Below, one piece after another: positions 37,721 to 47,219 of a DNA stretch of 64,000 bases. Each line of letters opens with the position of its first letter. Within the stretch, counting starts at the first letter, position 1. Source of the stretch: Spirochaetia bacterium. Lineage in GTDB: Bacteria > Spirochaetota > Spirochaetia > SZUA-6 > Bin103. The notes beneath the pieces are model-generated. The model worked only from the letters and a program-made list of their open reading frames with translations, was not told the origin of the DNA and ran no database searches. The translations under genes and the position numbers were made by a program. The stretch spans positions 64,001-128,000 of the forward strand of contig CBDAOI010000004.1 of assembly GCA_965198005.1 (NCBI GenBank). Direction: 5' to 3'.

Positions 37721-39066
37721 CAGTAATCGATTACTCGCTTCAGTTCGTCCCGGAAGAATCGTCGGTATCCGTCCGGTGCATCGAGCACGTTGCCTTCGTC
37801 ATCAATGCGAATTGAGTGGATCGTGACGGACAGGTCATCCCGTTCGAAATAGAGGATCGATACGTCGTCCGGCTCCAGATCGGATCGTTTGTCGCGAATG
37901 TCGAGCAGGATGCGGTCAAGAATGTAGTCGCTATGCGTTTCGACGATCAGTTGACAGTGGGACCCCGCCGAGGCACAGAACAGGCTGCCGAGTTCGGCCT
38001 GCGCGCTTGGATGCAGGTGTACCTCCGGCTGCTGCAGCAGGAACATTGACGCTCGGTCGTGCCGGAATAGCTCCACGAGCAGTGGCAGAATCTGACTGAC
38101 GCCGTAGCCTACGTCGATCAGATTGCGTCTTGCGCCTTTGCACGTCTTGCCCCGCTTGCGTACTTCCAACTGGAACGGCTCGAACTCGTGCCGGCCAAGT
38201 CGCTTCACGAACACATCGTCGAACAGTCCAGACTTGTGGCCAAACTTCTCCAGATCACTCTTCATGTCCTGCCACGCATCGGGATTCCTGGCATGCACGT
38301 TCGCCAGGAACGCTGGAGTCGAGACCCCCTGCGGATCTTGCACCAGCCGTACCGGATCGTACGTGCGCAGCGGACTGGACCGAATCGGCGCCCCGGCAAG
38401 AGCTCCCGATGCGAACCTGTTGTTCTCAACAAACAGAGCGATCAATTCGACGACGTCACGCTCCGTGGGCACCAAGTCAACATCGCCGTGCAGCGGCTGC
38501 AGCTTTCCCGGCATGCCGCTCTCCACCGCAACCCCCAGGAGTAAGTTGACCTTGGCGGTGTCTCCGCCGTAGAGATAGCGACGATCGCGATCCGGGACCG
38601 GCGGCAGACGCCATGAGCCGCTGGCGCATCCCAGGTCGGTGTAGGATCCTTCTGTGTCGCGATGCTCTCGCACCCACACGTCTGCGGCGCTCCAGCGTAC
38701 GGTCGAGAGCTTCGGAGCGGCGCCGTCACCCAGCGTGAAGGTGGCGTCCACGGCGACTGGTTCGCCCTTCTCCCCAGCGTACCTGAAACCTATACCGAAC
38801 GATTCGGCTCCGCCACGACTGCCGGTTGGATCCTGGCGATATGCAATCTCGTGAAAAGAGCCGAGGTCATAGGGCGGGGCACGGAAGTCGGGGTCTTCGT
38901 GGTAGCTACCGACCTCCAGCATCGCCCGTACCGCGGCCAGAAACGACGTCTTTCCGGTGCTGTTTTCGCCGATCAGCAGCGTCAGCGGCGCCAGGCGCGC
39001 AGTCTGCTGTTCTCGAAAGCAGCGGAAGTCGCGCAGTCTGAGCTCCTGCAGCGGTGGCTGATTCAT
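37720..39066 (-). CDS. ABC-type ATPase (AAA_21 with DUF3696-like C-terminus), copy 1
   Basis: DFRCF, GENSTGKTS, VGYGVSQ, LLQQPEVHLHP, VETHS. Confidence 0.88.
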   Translation of the reverse strand: MNQPPLQELRLRDFRCFREQQTARLAPLTLLIGENSTGKTSFLAAVRAMLEVGSYHEDPDFRAPPYDLGSFHEIAYRQDPTGSRGGAESFGIGFRYAGEKGEPVAVDATFTLGDGAAPKLSTVRWSAADVWVREHRDTEGSYTDLGCASGSWRLPPVPDRDRRYLYGGDTAKVNLLLGVAVESGMPGKLQPLHGDVDLVPTERDVVELIALFVENNRFASGALAGAPIRSSPLRTYDPVRLVQDPQGVSTPAFLANVHARNPDAWQDMKSDLEKFGHKSGLFDDVFVKRLGRHEFEPFQLEVRKRGKTCKGARRNLIDVGYGVSQILPLLVELFRHDRASMFLLQQPEVHLHPSAQAELGSLFCASAGSHCQLIVETHSDYILDRILLDIRDKRSDLEPDDVSILYFERDDLSVTIHSIRIDDEGNVLDAPDGYRRFFRDELKRVIDY

Positions 39067-39076
39067 CCGATCCTCG

Positions 39077-42000
39077 TCATCCCGTGTCCGGCCAAAGATA
39101 CACCAGACCAACCGGCTCCACGCGCCGAGCCCGCACTTCGTAGAACTGGCGAATTCGGGGTGGCTCGGTTTCGAGGTCGCGGTCGAACTGGGTTAGGCGC
39201 CGGCGCCACGCGGCGACGTCGGCCTGTCGCTGGCGTTTCTCTTCGTCGTTGAACTCAAGGGAGAGCTGGACTTGGGCAGCCTCGTGCTTGCCGAGCTCCG
39301 CTTCGACGCGCTGGCGCTGGCGTTCCAGGGTGACGCGGAGCTGTTGAGCCTCACTCTCGCCTCGATCGCGCAGGGCGTCGGCCGCGCTTCGGGCGACCTG
39401 ATCGGCTCGCTCTTCGAGCTGCGGCAGCAGGTCGGTGATGTCCTGCGCGCCAGTTTCAAGCAGACGGCGGTGAACGGTCTCACTCGGGGCGTGCGCATCT
39501 CGCAGCGCGGACTCCAGGCGTTGGAGGGTCCGCGCTTCGGCCTCCCCGGCGTACGCTTTGAGCGGCCCCACGCGTCGCGACGGCTCGATCCAGCGCGCGG
39601 CGACCGGCGTCAGGATCTCGTGCAGGCGTTCGGCACGGCGGCCGTACAGGCACAGCCGGCCCAACAGGATCACCCGCGGGATCGAGTCGGCCGCCTGTAC
39701 CAGGCAGGCGCGGGACAGGTCGTGGTGGACGAAACCCTGGGCTCGGAAACGGGCCAGCAGGCGCTGCGCCATCCGCTGCTCCAGGTGCAGGTGCACCGTG
39801 GCGTCGGTGAGCACGCCGGCGTCCTCGAAGACGACCGGGCGGATGGGCGCTTCGCGCCGCCACTCGGCCAGTTTCTGGTTGCTCCTGCGTGGCACGCGCA
39901 GCGTATCCAGGGTACTGGTCCAGCTCGCGTCGGCCAGCGTCTGGCCGGTGAGCGGCGGGAACATCCACACCGGGGAGCCATCGTCGGCACGCTCTCCCTG
40001 CAACGGTTCGGCGCCCAGCAGCTCCAGCGAGCAGGACATCGCGTCACGGAACGGTTCCGGCTCGAAGTCCACCCAGCGGCGCGACCGATCCAGCAGCCCC
40101 CGGCAGCGCTCGATCTGATCCTTCAGATCCTCCTGCCGTTCGCGTGCCGCTTCGAGCTCCTCGGTGGCAACGCGCTTCTTCTCCTGGTCCAGGTCGGCCG
40201 CTTCGATCTCACGTGCAAGCCGTGTCGCCTCCCGGTGACGGATGCCACCGCGCAGTCGGCGCTCGATGTCGTCGTCGATCACCTTGGAGAGGCTGCCGAG
40301 CTCGCGCTTGATGGTCTGGGTCTTCCTGACCAGCACTTCCAGCACGCGGTCCTCGGCGCGTTGCGGGAGCGCGAAGTAGTGGCAGCGTACCTCCGGCGCC
40401 GGTTGCAGCTTGCGGTCGATGCGCCCGTTGCGCTGCTCGATCCGGCCGGGGTTCCAGGGCAGGTCGAAGTGGAACAGGTCGGTGCAGTGCGCCTGGAAGT
40501 TCAGCCCCTCGCGGGCGGCGTCGGTGGCGATCAGGATGCGCAGCGGATCGTCCGCCGGGGCCGCGTTGAAGCGGCGCTGGATCTCCCTGCGGTTGGCGCC
40601 CGCGGTCTGGCCGTCGATGGTTTCGATCCGCTCGTCGGCGAGGTCGGTGCCGGCTATGGCCTGCCCCAGCATCTCGCGCAGGTAGCGCTTGGTGCCGATC
40701 ACGTTCTCGGTGAAGATCAGCACCCGCCCGTCGTTCCAGCGGGGACGGTCGGGACACAGGTGGTCGTCGATCCAGTGGATCAGCTTGCGGGTCTTCGCGT
40801 CAGGCCGGCCGCGCGCGGCGGAGGCCACCTCCTCCATCCGGTCGAGCAGGTCCTGTTCGGTGTGCCACAGCGCCTCGGCATCCGGAGTCCGGCCCGATGC
40901 GCTCTCGGCTGCGGCGTTGATGGCGGCGATCTGGGTTGCCTCTTCCGCCGCGTTCTCCTCGTCCGTGCGCTCCGCGCGATCGTCGTCGGCGTCGGGGGGC
41001 GTGGCGAACCGGGATGCGGCCTTGGACGCGAACGCATCGCTGCCGGCGGCCGGGACCTGGCCCTCACCGGCCGCGAAGCGCTCCCACTGCTCGCGGGCCG
41101 TCTTGCGATGCCGCGCCAGAGAAATGGCGAACGCCTCGATCGACGACAGCAGCTTCTGTTGCAGCCCCACCACGAGCAGTCCGGCCGCGGCGCGGGTGCG
41201 CGCGGGTACGTCTTGGAACCGGGTCTCCCGCACGTGGCGGTACTCGTCGAGCAGCCGCGACAGCACGAGCTCCGGCGCATCCTCCGGCAACCCGTCGATC
41301 ACTACCCGGCACACCTCGCGTTTCGGGAAACCGCCCTGTACTTCGCGGATGTCCTCCTTGAGGCGGCGGACCATGACGTCTTCCAGAGCGCTCTTGCCGC
41401 GCACCGGCACTCCGCGCGTGAAGCGGTAGGGGTCGAGCAGCTCGAGCAGGGTGGCGAAGCTGTTGGAGTGGCCGTTGTGAGGTGTGGCGGACAGGAACAG
41501 GCGGTGCTCGAAGCGGCCGCCGAGCTCGCGGATGGCGCGCGTGAACTTGGTCTCGATGCCGTAGCGTCCGCCGCTGGACGGCGCCGCGTGGTGGGCTTCG
41601 TCCAGAATCAGCAGGCTGCCCGGCGCCAGGTCGCCGAGCCACTCCCGCATCGGGTCCGCGTAAGCCGAGTCGATGAGCAGATTGTGCGACACGATGAAGC
41701 GGCTGTGGGTGCGCCACGGATTGACGCCGAAGCCCCGGTCGCGGCGCACCTGCGCCAGGTAGGCGCGGTCGAGAATCACGAACAGAAGCCCGAAGCGTTC
41801 CTCCATCTCCGCCTTCCATTGCTCCATTACGGAAGCGGGGGCTGCGACCACCACCGTCCGCGCTCGCTTGCGCAGCAGCAACTCGCGGGCGATCAGGCCG
41901 GCTTCGATGGTCTTGCCGAGGCCGGTGTCGTCGGCGATGAACAGGTTGACGCGCGGCAGGCGCAGCGCCTTGCGCAACGGCTCCATCTGGTAGGCGTCGA

Positions 42001-42349
42001 GCTTGATGCCGGCGCGGAAGGGCGATTGGAACAGGTTAGGATCGGTGCCGGTGATGCAGTTCCAGCGCAGCGTGTGCAGGAACGCGCTGAAGTGGCGCGG
42101 CGGGTCGAAGCCCTTGGCGCCGAGGTCGGACCACGCTTCCTGCTCCAGGATGGCGCGGTCGATCTCGAAGTCCCAGTACACTTCCAGGGTCTGGCCCTGG
42201 GCATCGTCGTCGGCGCAGGCCAGGCTCACGCGCGCGCACTCGCGTGGCGGCGTCTCCACGGCTTCCACCAGCCAGCGCCGCGAACGCACCTCGACCAGCT
42301 CGCCGAGGTGCGGAGGCCGGTTGGGGAGCAGTCTCATCGGGCGGGCCAC
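39077..42349 (-). CDS. drmD: DISARM SNF2-like helicase DrmD
   Basis: VRSRRWLVE, ADDTGLGKT, DEAHH, LSATPHNG, EGLNFQ, WNPGRIEQRNGRIDR, EPVGLVYLWP. Start 42349 or 42337. Confidence 0.93.
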   Translation of the reverse strand: MARPMRLLPNRPPHLGELVEVRSRRWLVEAVETPPRECARVSLACADDDAQGQTLEVYWDFEIDRAILEQEAWSDLGAKGFDPPRHFSAFLHTLRWNCITGTDPNLFQSPFRAGIKLDAYQMEPLRKALRLPRVNLFIADDTGLGKTIEAGLIARELLLRKRARTVVVAAPASVMEQWKAEMEERFGLLFVILDRAYLAQVRRDRGFGVNPWRTHSRFIVSHNLLIDSAYADPMREWLGDLAPGSLLILDEAHHAAPSSGGRYGIETKFTRAIRELGGRFEHRLFLSATPHNGHSNSFATLLELLDPYRFTRGVPVRGKSALEDVMVRRLKEDIREVQGGFPKREVCRVVIDGLPEDAPELVLSRLLDEYRHVRETRFQDVPARTRAAAGLLVVGLQQKLLSSIEAFAISLARHRKTAREQWERFAAGEGQVPAAGSDAFASKAASRFATPPDADDDRAERTDEENAAEEATQIAAINAAAESASGRTPDAEALWHTEQDLLDRMEEVASAARGRPDAKTRKLIHWIDDHLCPDRPRWNDGRVLIFTENVIGTKRYLREMLGQAIAGTDLADERIETIDGQTAGANRREIQRRFNAAPADDPLRILIATDAAREGLNFQAHCTDLFHFDLPWNPGRIEQRNGRIDRKLQPAPEVRCHYFALPQRAEDRVLEVLVRKTQTIKRELGSLSKVIDDDIERRLRGGIRHREATRLAREIEAADLDQEKKRVATEELEAARERQEDLKDQIERCRGLLDRSRRWVDFEPEPFRDAMSCSLELLGAEPLQGERADDGSPVWMFPPLTGQTLADASWTSTLDTLRVPRRSNQKLAEWRREAPIRPVVFEDAGVLTDATVHLHLEQRMAQRLLARFRAQGFVHHDLSRACLVQAADSIPRVILLGRLCLYGRRAERLHEILTPVAARWIEPSRRVGPLKAYAGEAEARTLQRLESALRDAHAPSETVHRRLLETGAQDITDLLPQLEERADQVARSAADALRDRGESEAQQLRVTLERQRQRVEAELGKHEAAQVQLSLEFNDEEKRQRQADVAAWRRRLTQFDRDLETEPPRIRQFYEVRARRVEPVGLVYLWPDTG

Positions 42350-42368
42350 GGGCCGGCGCAGCGGCGGC

Positions 42369-43655
42369 TCAGCGCTGGTCCATCGGGACGTAGGGGCGTT
42401 CGGTGGGGCCGGTGTAGATCTGGCGCGGGCGGGCGATCTTGTATTCGGGGTCGTGAATCATCTCGCCCCACTGCGCGATCCAGCCGGGGAGGCGGCCGAT
42501 GGTGAACAGGGTGGTGAACATGTTCACCGGGATTCCGATCGCCTGCAGGATGATGCCGGAGTAGAAGTCGACGTTGGGATAGAGCTTGCGCGCCACGAAG
42601 TAGTCGTCGCGCAATGCGATCTCCTCGAGCTGGACCGCGATGTCCAGCAGCGGGGTGGAGACGTGCAGCCGCTCCAGCACCTCGAAGCAGGCGCGTTTGA
42701 GGATCAGCGCGCGCGGGTCGAAGTTCTTGTAGACGCGGTGGCCGAACCCCATCAGCCGGGTCCTCGCCCGCTTGTTCTTCACCTTCTCCAGGAACTGGCG
42801 GCCGTCGTCGCCGCCGGCGTGAATCCGCTCCAGCATCTCGATCACCGCCTGGTTGGCGCCGCCGTGCAGTGGCCCCCAGAGCGCGTGCACCCCGGCCGAG
42901 ATCGCCGAGAACAGGTTGGCCTGCGAGCTGCCGACGATGCGCACCGTGCTGGCGGAGCAGTTCTGCTCGTGGTCGGCGTGCAGCAGGAAGATCAGGTCCA
43001 TGGTCCGGGCCACCAGCGGGTCGACCTCGTACTGCTCGGCCGGCGTGGCGAACATCATGTGCAAGAAGTTGGGGGCGTAGCCGAGCCGGTTGAGCGGCGA
43101 CATGAACGGATGGCCGATCGAATGCTTGTACGAGTAGGCGACGATGGTCGGCACCTTGGCGATCAGCCGGTGGGTGGCGATCTCGATCTCGCGCTCGTCG
43201 GAAACATCCATCGAGTCGGGGTAGAAGGTGGACAGCGCGCCCACCACGGCGCCGGTGATCGCCATCGGATGCGCCTGCTTGGGGAACCCGGTGTAGAACC
43301 GCTTCACGTCCTCGTGCACCATCGTGTGGTAGGTGATGTGGCCGGTGAACTCCTCGAGCTGCTCCCTGGTCGGCAGCTCGCCGTAGATCAGCAGCCACGC
43401 CGCCTCCAGGAACGAGCTGTGCTCGGCAAGCTGCTCGATCGGGATGCCGCGGTAGCGCAGAATGCCGCGCTCGCCGTCGATGAAGGTGATGCCGCTGCGG
43501 CAGGAGCCGGTGTTGCCGTAGCCCGGGTCCATGGTGATGACCCCGACCTGCGCGCGCAGCCGCGAGATGTCGATCGCGACCTCGTTCTCGGAGCCCCGCA
43601 CCACCGGCAACTCGTAGTCTTTCCCGTTCACCTGTAACCGTGCCGGCTCCGCCAT
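42369..43655 (-). CDS. gltA: Citrate synthase (type II)
   Basis: DPGYGNTGSC, LHADHEQNCS, GPLHGGAN, GFGHRVYKNFDPR, YPNVDFYSG. Confidence 0.97.
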   Translation of the reverse strand: MAEPARLQVNGKDYELPVVRGSENEVAIDISRLRAQVGVITMDPGYGNTGSCRSGITFIDGERGILRYRGIPIEQLAEHSSFLEAAWLLIYGELPTREQLEEFTGHITYHTMVHEDVKRFYTGFPKQAHPMAITGAVVGALSTFYPDSMDVSDEREIEIATHRLIAKVPTIVAYSYKHSIGHPFMSPLNRLGYAPNFLHMMFATPAEQYEVDPLVARTMDLIFLLHADHEQNCSASTVRIVGSSQANLFSAISAGVHALWGPLHGGANQAVIEMLERIHAGGDDGRQFLEKVKNKRARTRLMGFGHRVYKNFDPRALILKRACFEVLERLHVSTPLLDIAVQLEEIALRDDYFVARKLYPNVDFYSGIILQAIGIPVNMFTTLFTIGRLPGWIAQWGEMIHDPEYKIARPRQIYTGPTERPYVPMDQR

Positions 43656-43972
43656 CGCCCCGCTGCCCGCTTGCCCGCCGCCGAGTATACGCCCGCGGGC
43701 CGAGCCGTGCAACCCGAGCCCGGCCGGCTCGGCCGGCTGCGGCCGGCCGCCGGCGCCGCCGGTGAGTAGGCGGCCGGCGCTGCAGGCCGGGGCTACCAGA
43801 CCTGCGTCAGGTCGACGGCGACATCCGCCGGGTTGGCCATCGCTACCCGGTGGTGGAACGCGCCGCGCTCCACCAAGTCGCCCCGGTCGCTCGTTCGCCG
43901 TCGCCGGCAGACGCCTGCCCGTGCGCGTGTACTCTGAGCTGTGGTATGCTATGGTGGAATGGAGGATAGCCC

Positions 43973-44788
43973 ATGGCCAGCCCGATGCTCGCACCCGCCA
44001 AGGTTCACTACCCCTCATCCGACGGCCGGCCGATGGCGGAAAGCGACTTCCAACGCACCCCGCTGACCTACGCCGTCGACCGGCTGCGGTTCCACTTTCG
44101 CGACCGCCGGGACGTGTACGTCTCGGGCAACCTGCTGCTCTACTACCAGGAGGGGAATCCGCGGGCGGTGGTGGCGCCCGACGTGTTCGTGGTGCTGGGC
44201 GTATCCAACGCCGACCGCTCCAGCTACCGGCTGTGGAAGGAGCGCAAGGTGCCTGACTTCGTGCTGGAGATTACCTCGCGCTCGACGTACCGCGAGGACC
44301 AGGGGAGCAAGCGCGAGGTGTACCGTGCGCTGGGGGTGCGGGAGTACTGGCAGTACGACCCGACCGGCGACTATCTGGAGCCGCCGCTGCAGGGCCTGGA
44401 GTTGAGCGCGGGGGAGTATCGGCGGCTGCCGGGGCGGGAGTTGGCGGACGGCACGCTGGCGCTGGCGAGCGGCGTGCTGGGGCTGGAGTTGCGGGTGACG
44501 GCGCGGGGGCTGCGGTTCCACGATCCGGACACCGGGCAGGACCTGCCGAACCTTGCGGAAACCGACGAGGCGCGGCAAGCGGCGGAGACGCGCCTCGCGC
44601 AGGAAGTGGCGGCCCGCCAGCAGGAAGCGGCGGCCCACCAGCAGGAAGCGGCGGCCCACCAGCAGGAAGCGGCGGCCCACGCAGCCGCGCAAGCGCGGGT
44701 GGCCGAGCTGGAGGCCTTGTTGCGCCGGGAGCGCGGCCGCGAGTCCGGTCAGGACGGCAATCCACCGGCGCCTCGTCAGGGTCGGTAG
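43973..44788 (+). CDS. Uma2 (DUF820) family PD-(D/E)XK endonuclease, copy 1 (271 aa)
   Basis: YPSSDGRPMAES, APDVFVV, PDFVLEITS.ST..ED, GVREYWQYDP; coiled-coil tail. Confidence 0.88.
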   Translation: MASPMLAPAKVHYPSSDGRPMAESDFQRTPLTYAVDRLRFHFRDRRDVYVSGNLLLYYQEGNPRAVVAPDVFVVLGVSNADRSSYRLWKERKVPDFVLEITSRSTYREDQGSKREVYRALGVREYWQYDPTGDYLEPPLQGLELSAGEYRRLPGRELADGTLALASGVLGLELRVTARGLRFHDPDTGQDLPNLAETDEARQAAETRLAQEVAARQQEAAAHQQEAAAHQQEAAAHAAAQARVAELEALLRRERGRESGQDGNPPAPRQGR

Positions 44789-44807
44789 GGCACGTCCCCG
44801 CAAGTCC

Positions 44808-44872
44808 AAGAGCGCCATATCTCCTCCCAGCTACCGGTCAGGTCGGGGCGGTCCAGCACATCGACCAGGGTT
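44808..44872 (-). pseudogene. Short AbiEi-like antitoxin fragment
   Basis: TLVDVLDRPDLTGSWEEIWRS; overlapping DNA also at about 59660-59700. Confidence 0.6.
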
Positions 44873-44900
44873 GGGGTCGGCACCGTGCGGCAATGAGCGG

Positions 44901-45215
44901 CTACAGGCTCAGGCCGCCGTCGACCATGAACACGCCGCCGGTGCAGTGGGCGGCTTCGTCGCTGCACAGGAACAGCATCATCCGCGCCACCTCTTCCGGT
45001 TCGCCGTAGCGCCCGTCCAGGGAGCGCCGTTCCAACTGGTGCTTGATCTCCTCGCCCCGGCCCGGTATCCGCATGTCCTCGATCGAGCGCATCATGCGGG
45101 TCTCGGTGGGGCCGGGATTGACCGTGTTCACCCGGATGCCGTGCGGTCCGCCTTCCATGGCCGCGCAGCGCATCAGGCCGATCACCGCGTGCTTGCTGGT
45201 GTGGTAGGCGGACAT
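44901..45215 (-). pseudogene. 3' half of SDR-B (5' part deleted)
   Basis: MSAYHTSK...VDGGLSL matches 51988-52302 and is fused to the end of SDR-A. Confidence 0.85.
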
Positions 45216-46066
45216 GCGGCCCCGGTGATGAACGCGTGGCGTCCTTCGCCGCGCTCGCGGAGCTGCGCCCGGCTGCCGCGGGCCGCCGTCAGGCCGCCGT
45301 CGACCATCAGGTTGACCCCGGTCACGTGCACGCTCTCGTCGCTCGCCAGGTACACCGCAGCGTGGGCGATGTCGTCGGCCGCTCCGGCGCGCCCCTGTGG
45401 CATGCTGTCCTCGAACCATCGGGTGAGGCGCGCCGCGCGCGCGGCGTTCTCCTGCGCCGTGTGACCGGTCTGGCCGCCCCAGAAGATCGGGGTGATGATG
45501 GCGCCCGGCGAGATGCAGTTCACCCGCACGCGGTGCTCCGCCAGCTCGGTCGCCCATACCTTGGTGACGTGAATCACACCCGCCTTGCACGCCGAGTACT
45601 CGGCGCTGGAGCCGTCGGTGGTCACGCCCGCGGTGCTGCCGTTGTTGATGATGCTGCCGCTGCGCTGCCGTTTCATGATCGGCGCCGCGTACTTGACGCC
45701 GAGGAAGCAGGAGCCGAGCAGCACCATCACGTCGCGCTGGAACCGTTCGAGGTCGAACTCGTCCACCTCGCAGTAGGAGTGGCCGCTGCCGGCGTTGTTG
45801 AACAGCGCGTCCAGCCGCCCCCAGCGTTCGACCGTGGCCGCCACCATCGCCTGCACGTCGGCCTCGACGGTCACGTCGGTGCGGATGAACTGGGCGTTGT
45901 CGCCGAGCCGCTCCGCCAGCGCCCGGCCCGCGTCCTCGCCGCGCGCGGCGATGGTCACCCGCGCCCCCTCGGCCACGTACCGTTCGACCGTCGCGGCTCC
46001 CATGCCGCTGTTGCCGCCAGTAACGATGGCCACCTTGCCGGCCAGCCGGCCTGTCGTAGTTGCCAT
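45182..46066 (-). CDS. Short-chain dehydrogenase/reductase SDR-A, copy 1 (C-terminus altered by deletion)
   Basis: TGGNSGMG, NNAG, YSACK. Confidence 0.9.
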   Translation of the reverse strand: MATTTGRLAGKVAIVTGGNSGMGAATVERYVAEGARVTIAARGEDAGRALAERLGDNAQFIRTDVTVEADVQAMVAATVERWGRLDALFNNAGSGHSYCEVDEFDLERFQRDVMVLLGSCFLGVKYAAPIMKRQRSGSIINNGSTAGVTTDGSSAEYSACKAGVIHVTKVWATELAEHRVRVNCISPGAIITPIFWGGQTGHTAQENAARAARLTRWFEDSMPQGRAGAADDIAHAAVYLASDESVHVTGVNLMVDGGLTAARGSRAQLRERGEGRHAFITGAACPPTTPASTR

Positions 46067-46276
46067 TTCGGCCAGTGTAACCCGAGGCGCGCCGCCGCGC
46101 CAGACCCGCCGCGCTCGAGCCGGTCCGTCGGGACGCCGCCGCCCTTGCTCCCAATTCGACGTGCTCGAATCGCCGGCCGCGCTACTACGCGGATCAGATT
46201 GGCGCGGGCGGCCGGCGGGTCGCCGTGCGCGTGTGCTCTGAGCTGTGGTATGCTATGGTGGAATGGAGGATAGCCC

Positions 46277-47155
46277 ATGGCCAGCCCGATGCTCGCACCC
46301 GCCAAGGTTCACTACCCCTCATCCGACGGCCGGCCGATGGCGGAAAGCGACTTCCAACGCACCCCGCTGACCTACGCCGTCGACCGGCTGCGGTTCCACT
46401 TTCGCGACCGCCGGGACGTGTACGTCTCGGGCAACCTGCTGCTCTACTACCAGGAGGGGAATCCGCGGGCGGTGGTGGCGCCCGACGTGTTCGTGGTGCT
46501 GGGCGTATCCAACGCCGACCGCTCCAGCTACCGGCTGTGGAAGGAGCGCAAGGTGCCTGACTTCGTGCTGGAGATTACCTCGCGCTCGACGTACCGCGAG
46601 GACCAGGGGAGCAAGCGCGAGGTGTACCGTGCGCTGGGGGTGCGGGAGTACTGGCAGTACGACCCGACCGGCGACTACCTGGAGCCGCCGCTGCAGGGCC
46701 TGGAGTTGAGCGCGGGGGAGTATCGGCGGCTGCCGGGGCGGGAGTTGGCGGACGGAGCGCTGGCGCTGGCAAGCGGCGTGCTGGGGCTGGAGTTGCGGGT
46801 GACGGCGCGCGGGCTGCGGTTCCACGATCCGGCGACCGGGCAGGACCTGCCGAACCTTGCGGAAACCGACGAGGCGCGGCAGCGCGAGCGGCAGGCGCGG
46901 CAGCGCGAGCAGCAGGCGCGGCAAGCGGCGGAGACGCGCCTCGCGCAGGAAACGGCAGCCCGCCAGCAGGAAACGGCAGCCCGCCAGCAGGAAGTGGCAG
47001 CCCGCCAGCAGGAAGTGGCGGCCCGCCAGCAGGAAGCGGCAGCCCGCGCAGCCGCGGAAGCGCGGGTGGCCGAGTTGGAGGCCTTGTTGCGCCGGGAGCG
47101 GGGCCGCGAGTCCGGTCAGGACGGCAATCCACCGGCGCCTCGTCAGGGTCGGTAG
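46277..47155 (+). CDS. Uma2 family endonuclease, copy 2 (292 aa)
   Basis: As copy 1; upstream TGcTATGGT extended -10 and GGAGG. Confidence 0.88.
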   Translation: MASPMLAPAKVHYPSSDGRPMAESDFQRTPLTYAVDRLRFHFRDRRDVYVSGNLLLYYQEGNPRAVVAPDVFVVLGVSNADRSSYRLWKERKVPDFVLEITSRSTYREDQGSKREVYRALGVREYWQYDPTGDYLEPPLQGLELSAGEYRRLPGRELADGALALASGVLGLELRVTARGLRFHDPATGQDLPNLAETDEARQRERQARQREQQARQAAETRLAQETAARQQETAARQQEVAARQQEVAARQQEAAARAAAEARVAELEALLRRERGRESGQDGNPPAPRQGR

Positions 47156-47190
47156 GGCACGTCCCCGCAAGTCCGCAAGTCCTCGCCTCG

Positions 47191-47219
47191 TTGACCCTCG
47201 TCCCGACGTTCGCTACACT
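47191..47219 (+). promoter_or_regulatory. Sigma70-like promoter TTGACC-17-TACACT (also 54780-54808 and 62403-62431)
   Basis: Near-consensus hexamers with a 17-nt spacer, about 820 nt upstream of the SBP start. Confidence 0.7.

Noticed and set aside
11258-42368. Single integrative element inserted at tRNA-Ala
   Set aside because: No integrase, and no repeat of the tRNA 3' end found by eye; host-like dcd lies inside the interval.
39272-42505. Long antisense ORFs (also 9179-11194, 15534-17585, 19476-21860)
   Set aside because: Shadow frames of GC-rich genes with no recognisable motifs.
43656-44018. Long N-terminal extension of citrate synthase in the ORF track
   Set aside because: Low-complexity and overlaps the Uma2 start; homology begins at MAEPARLQV (43655).
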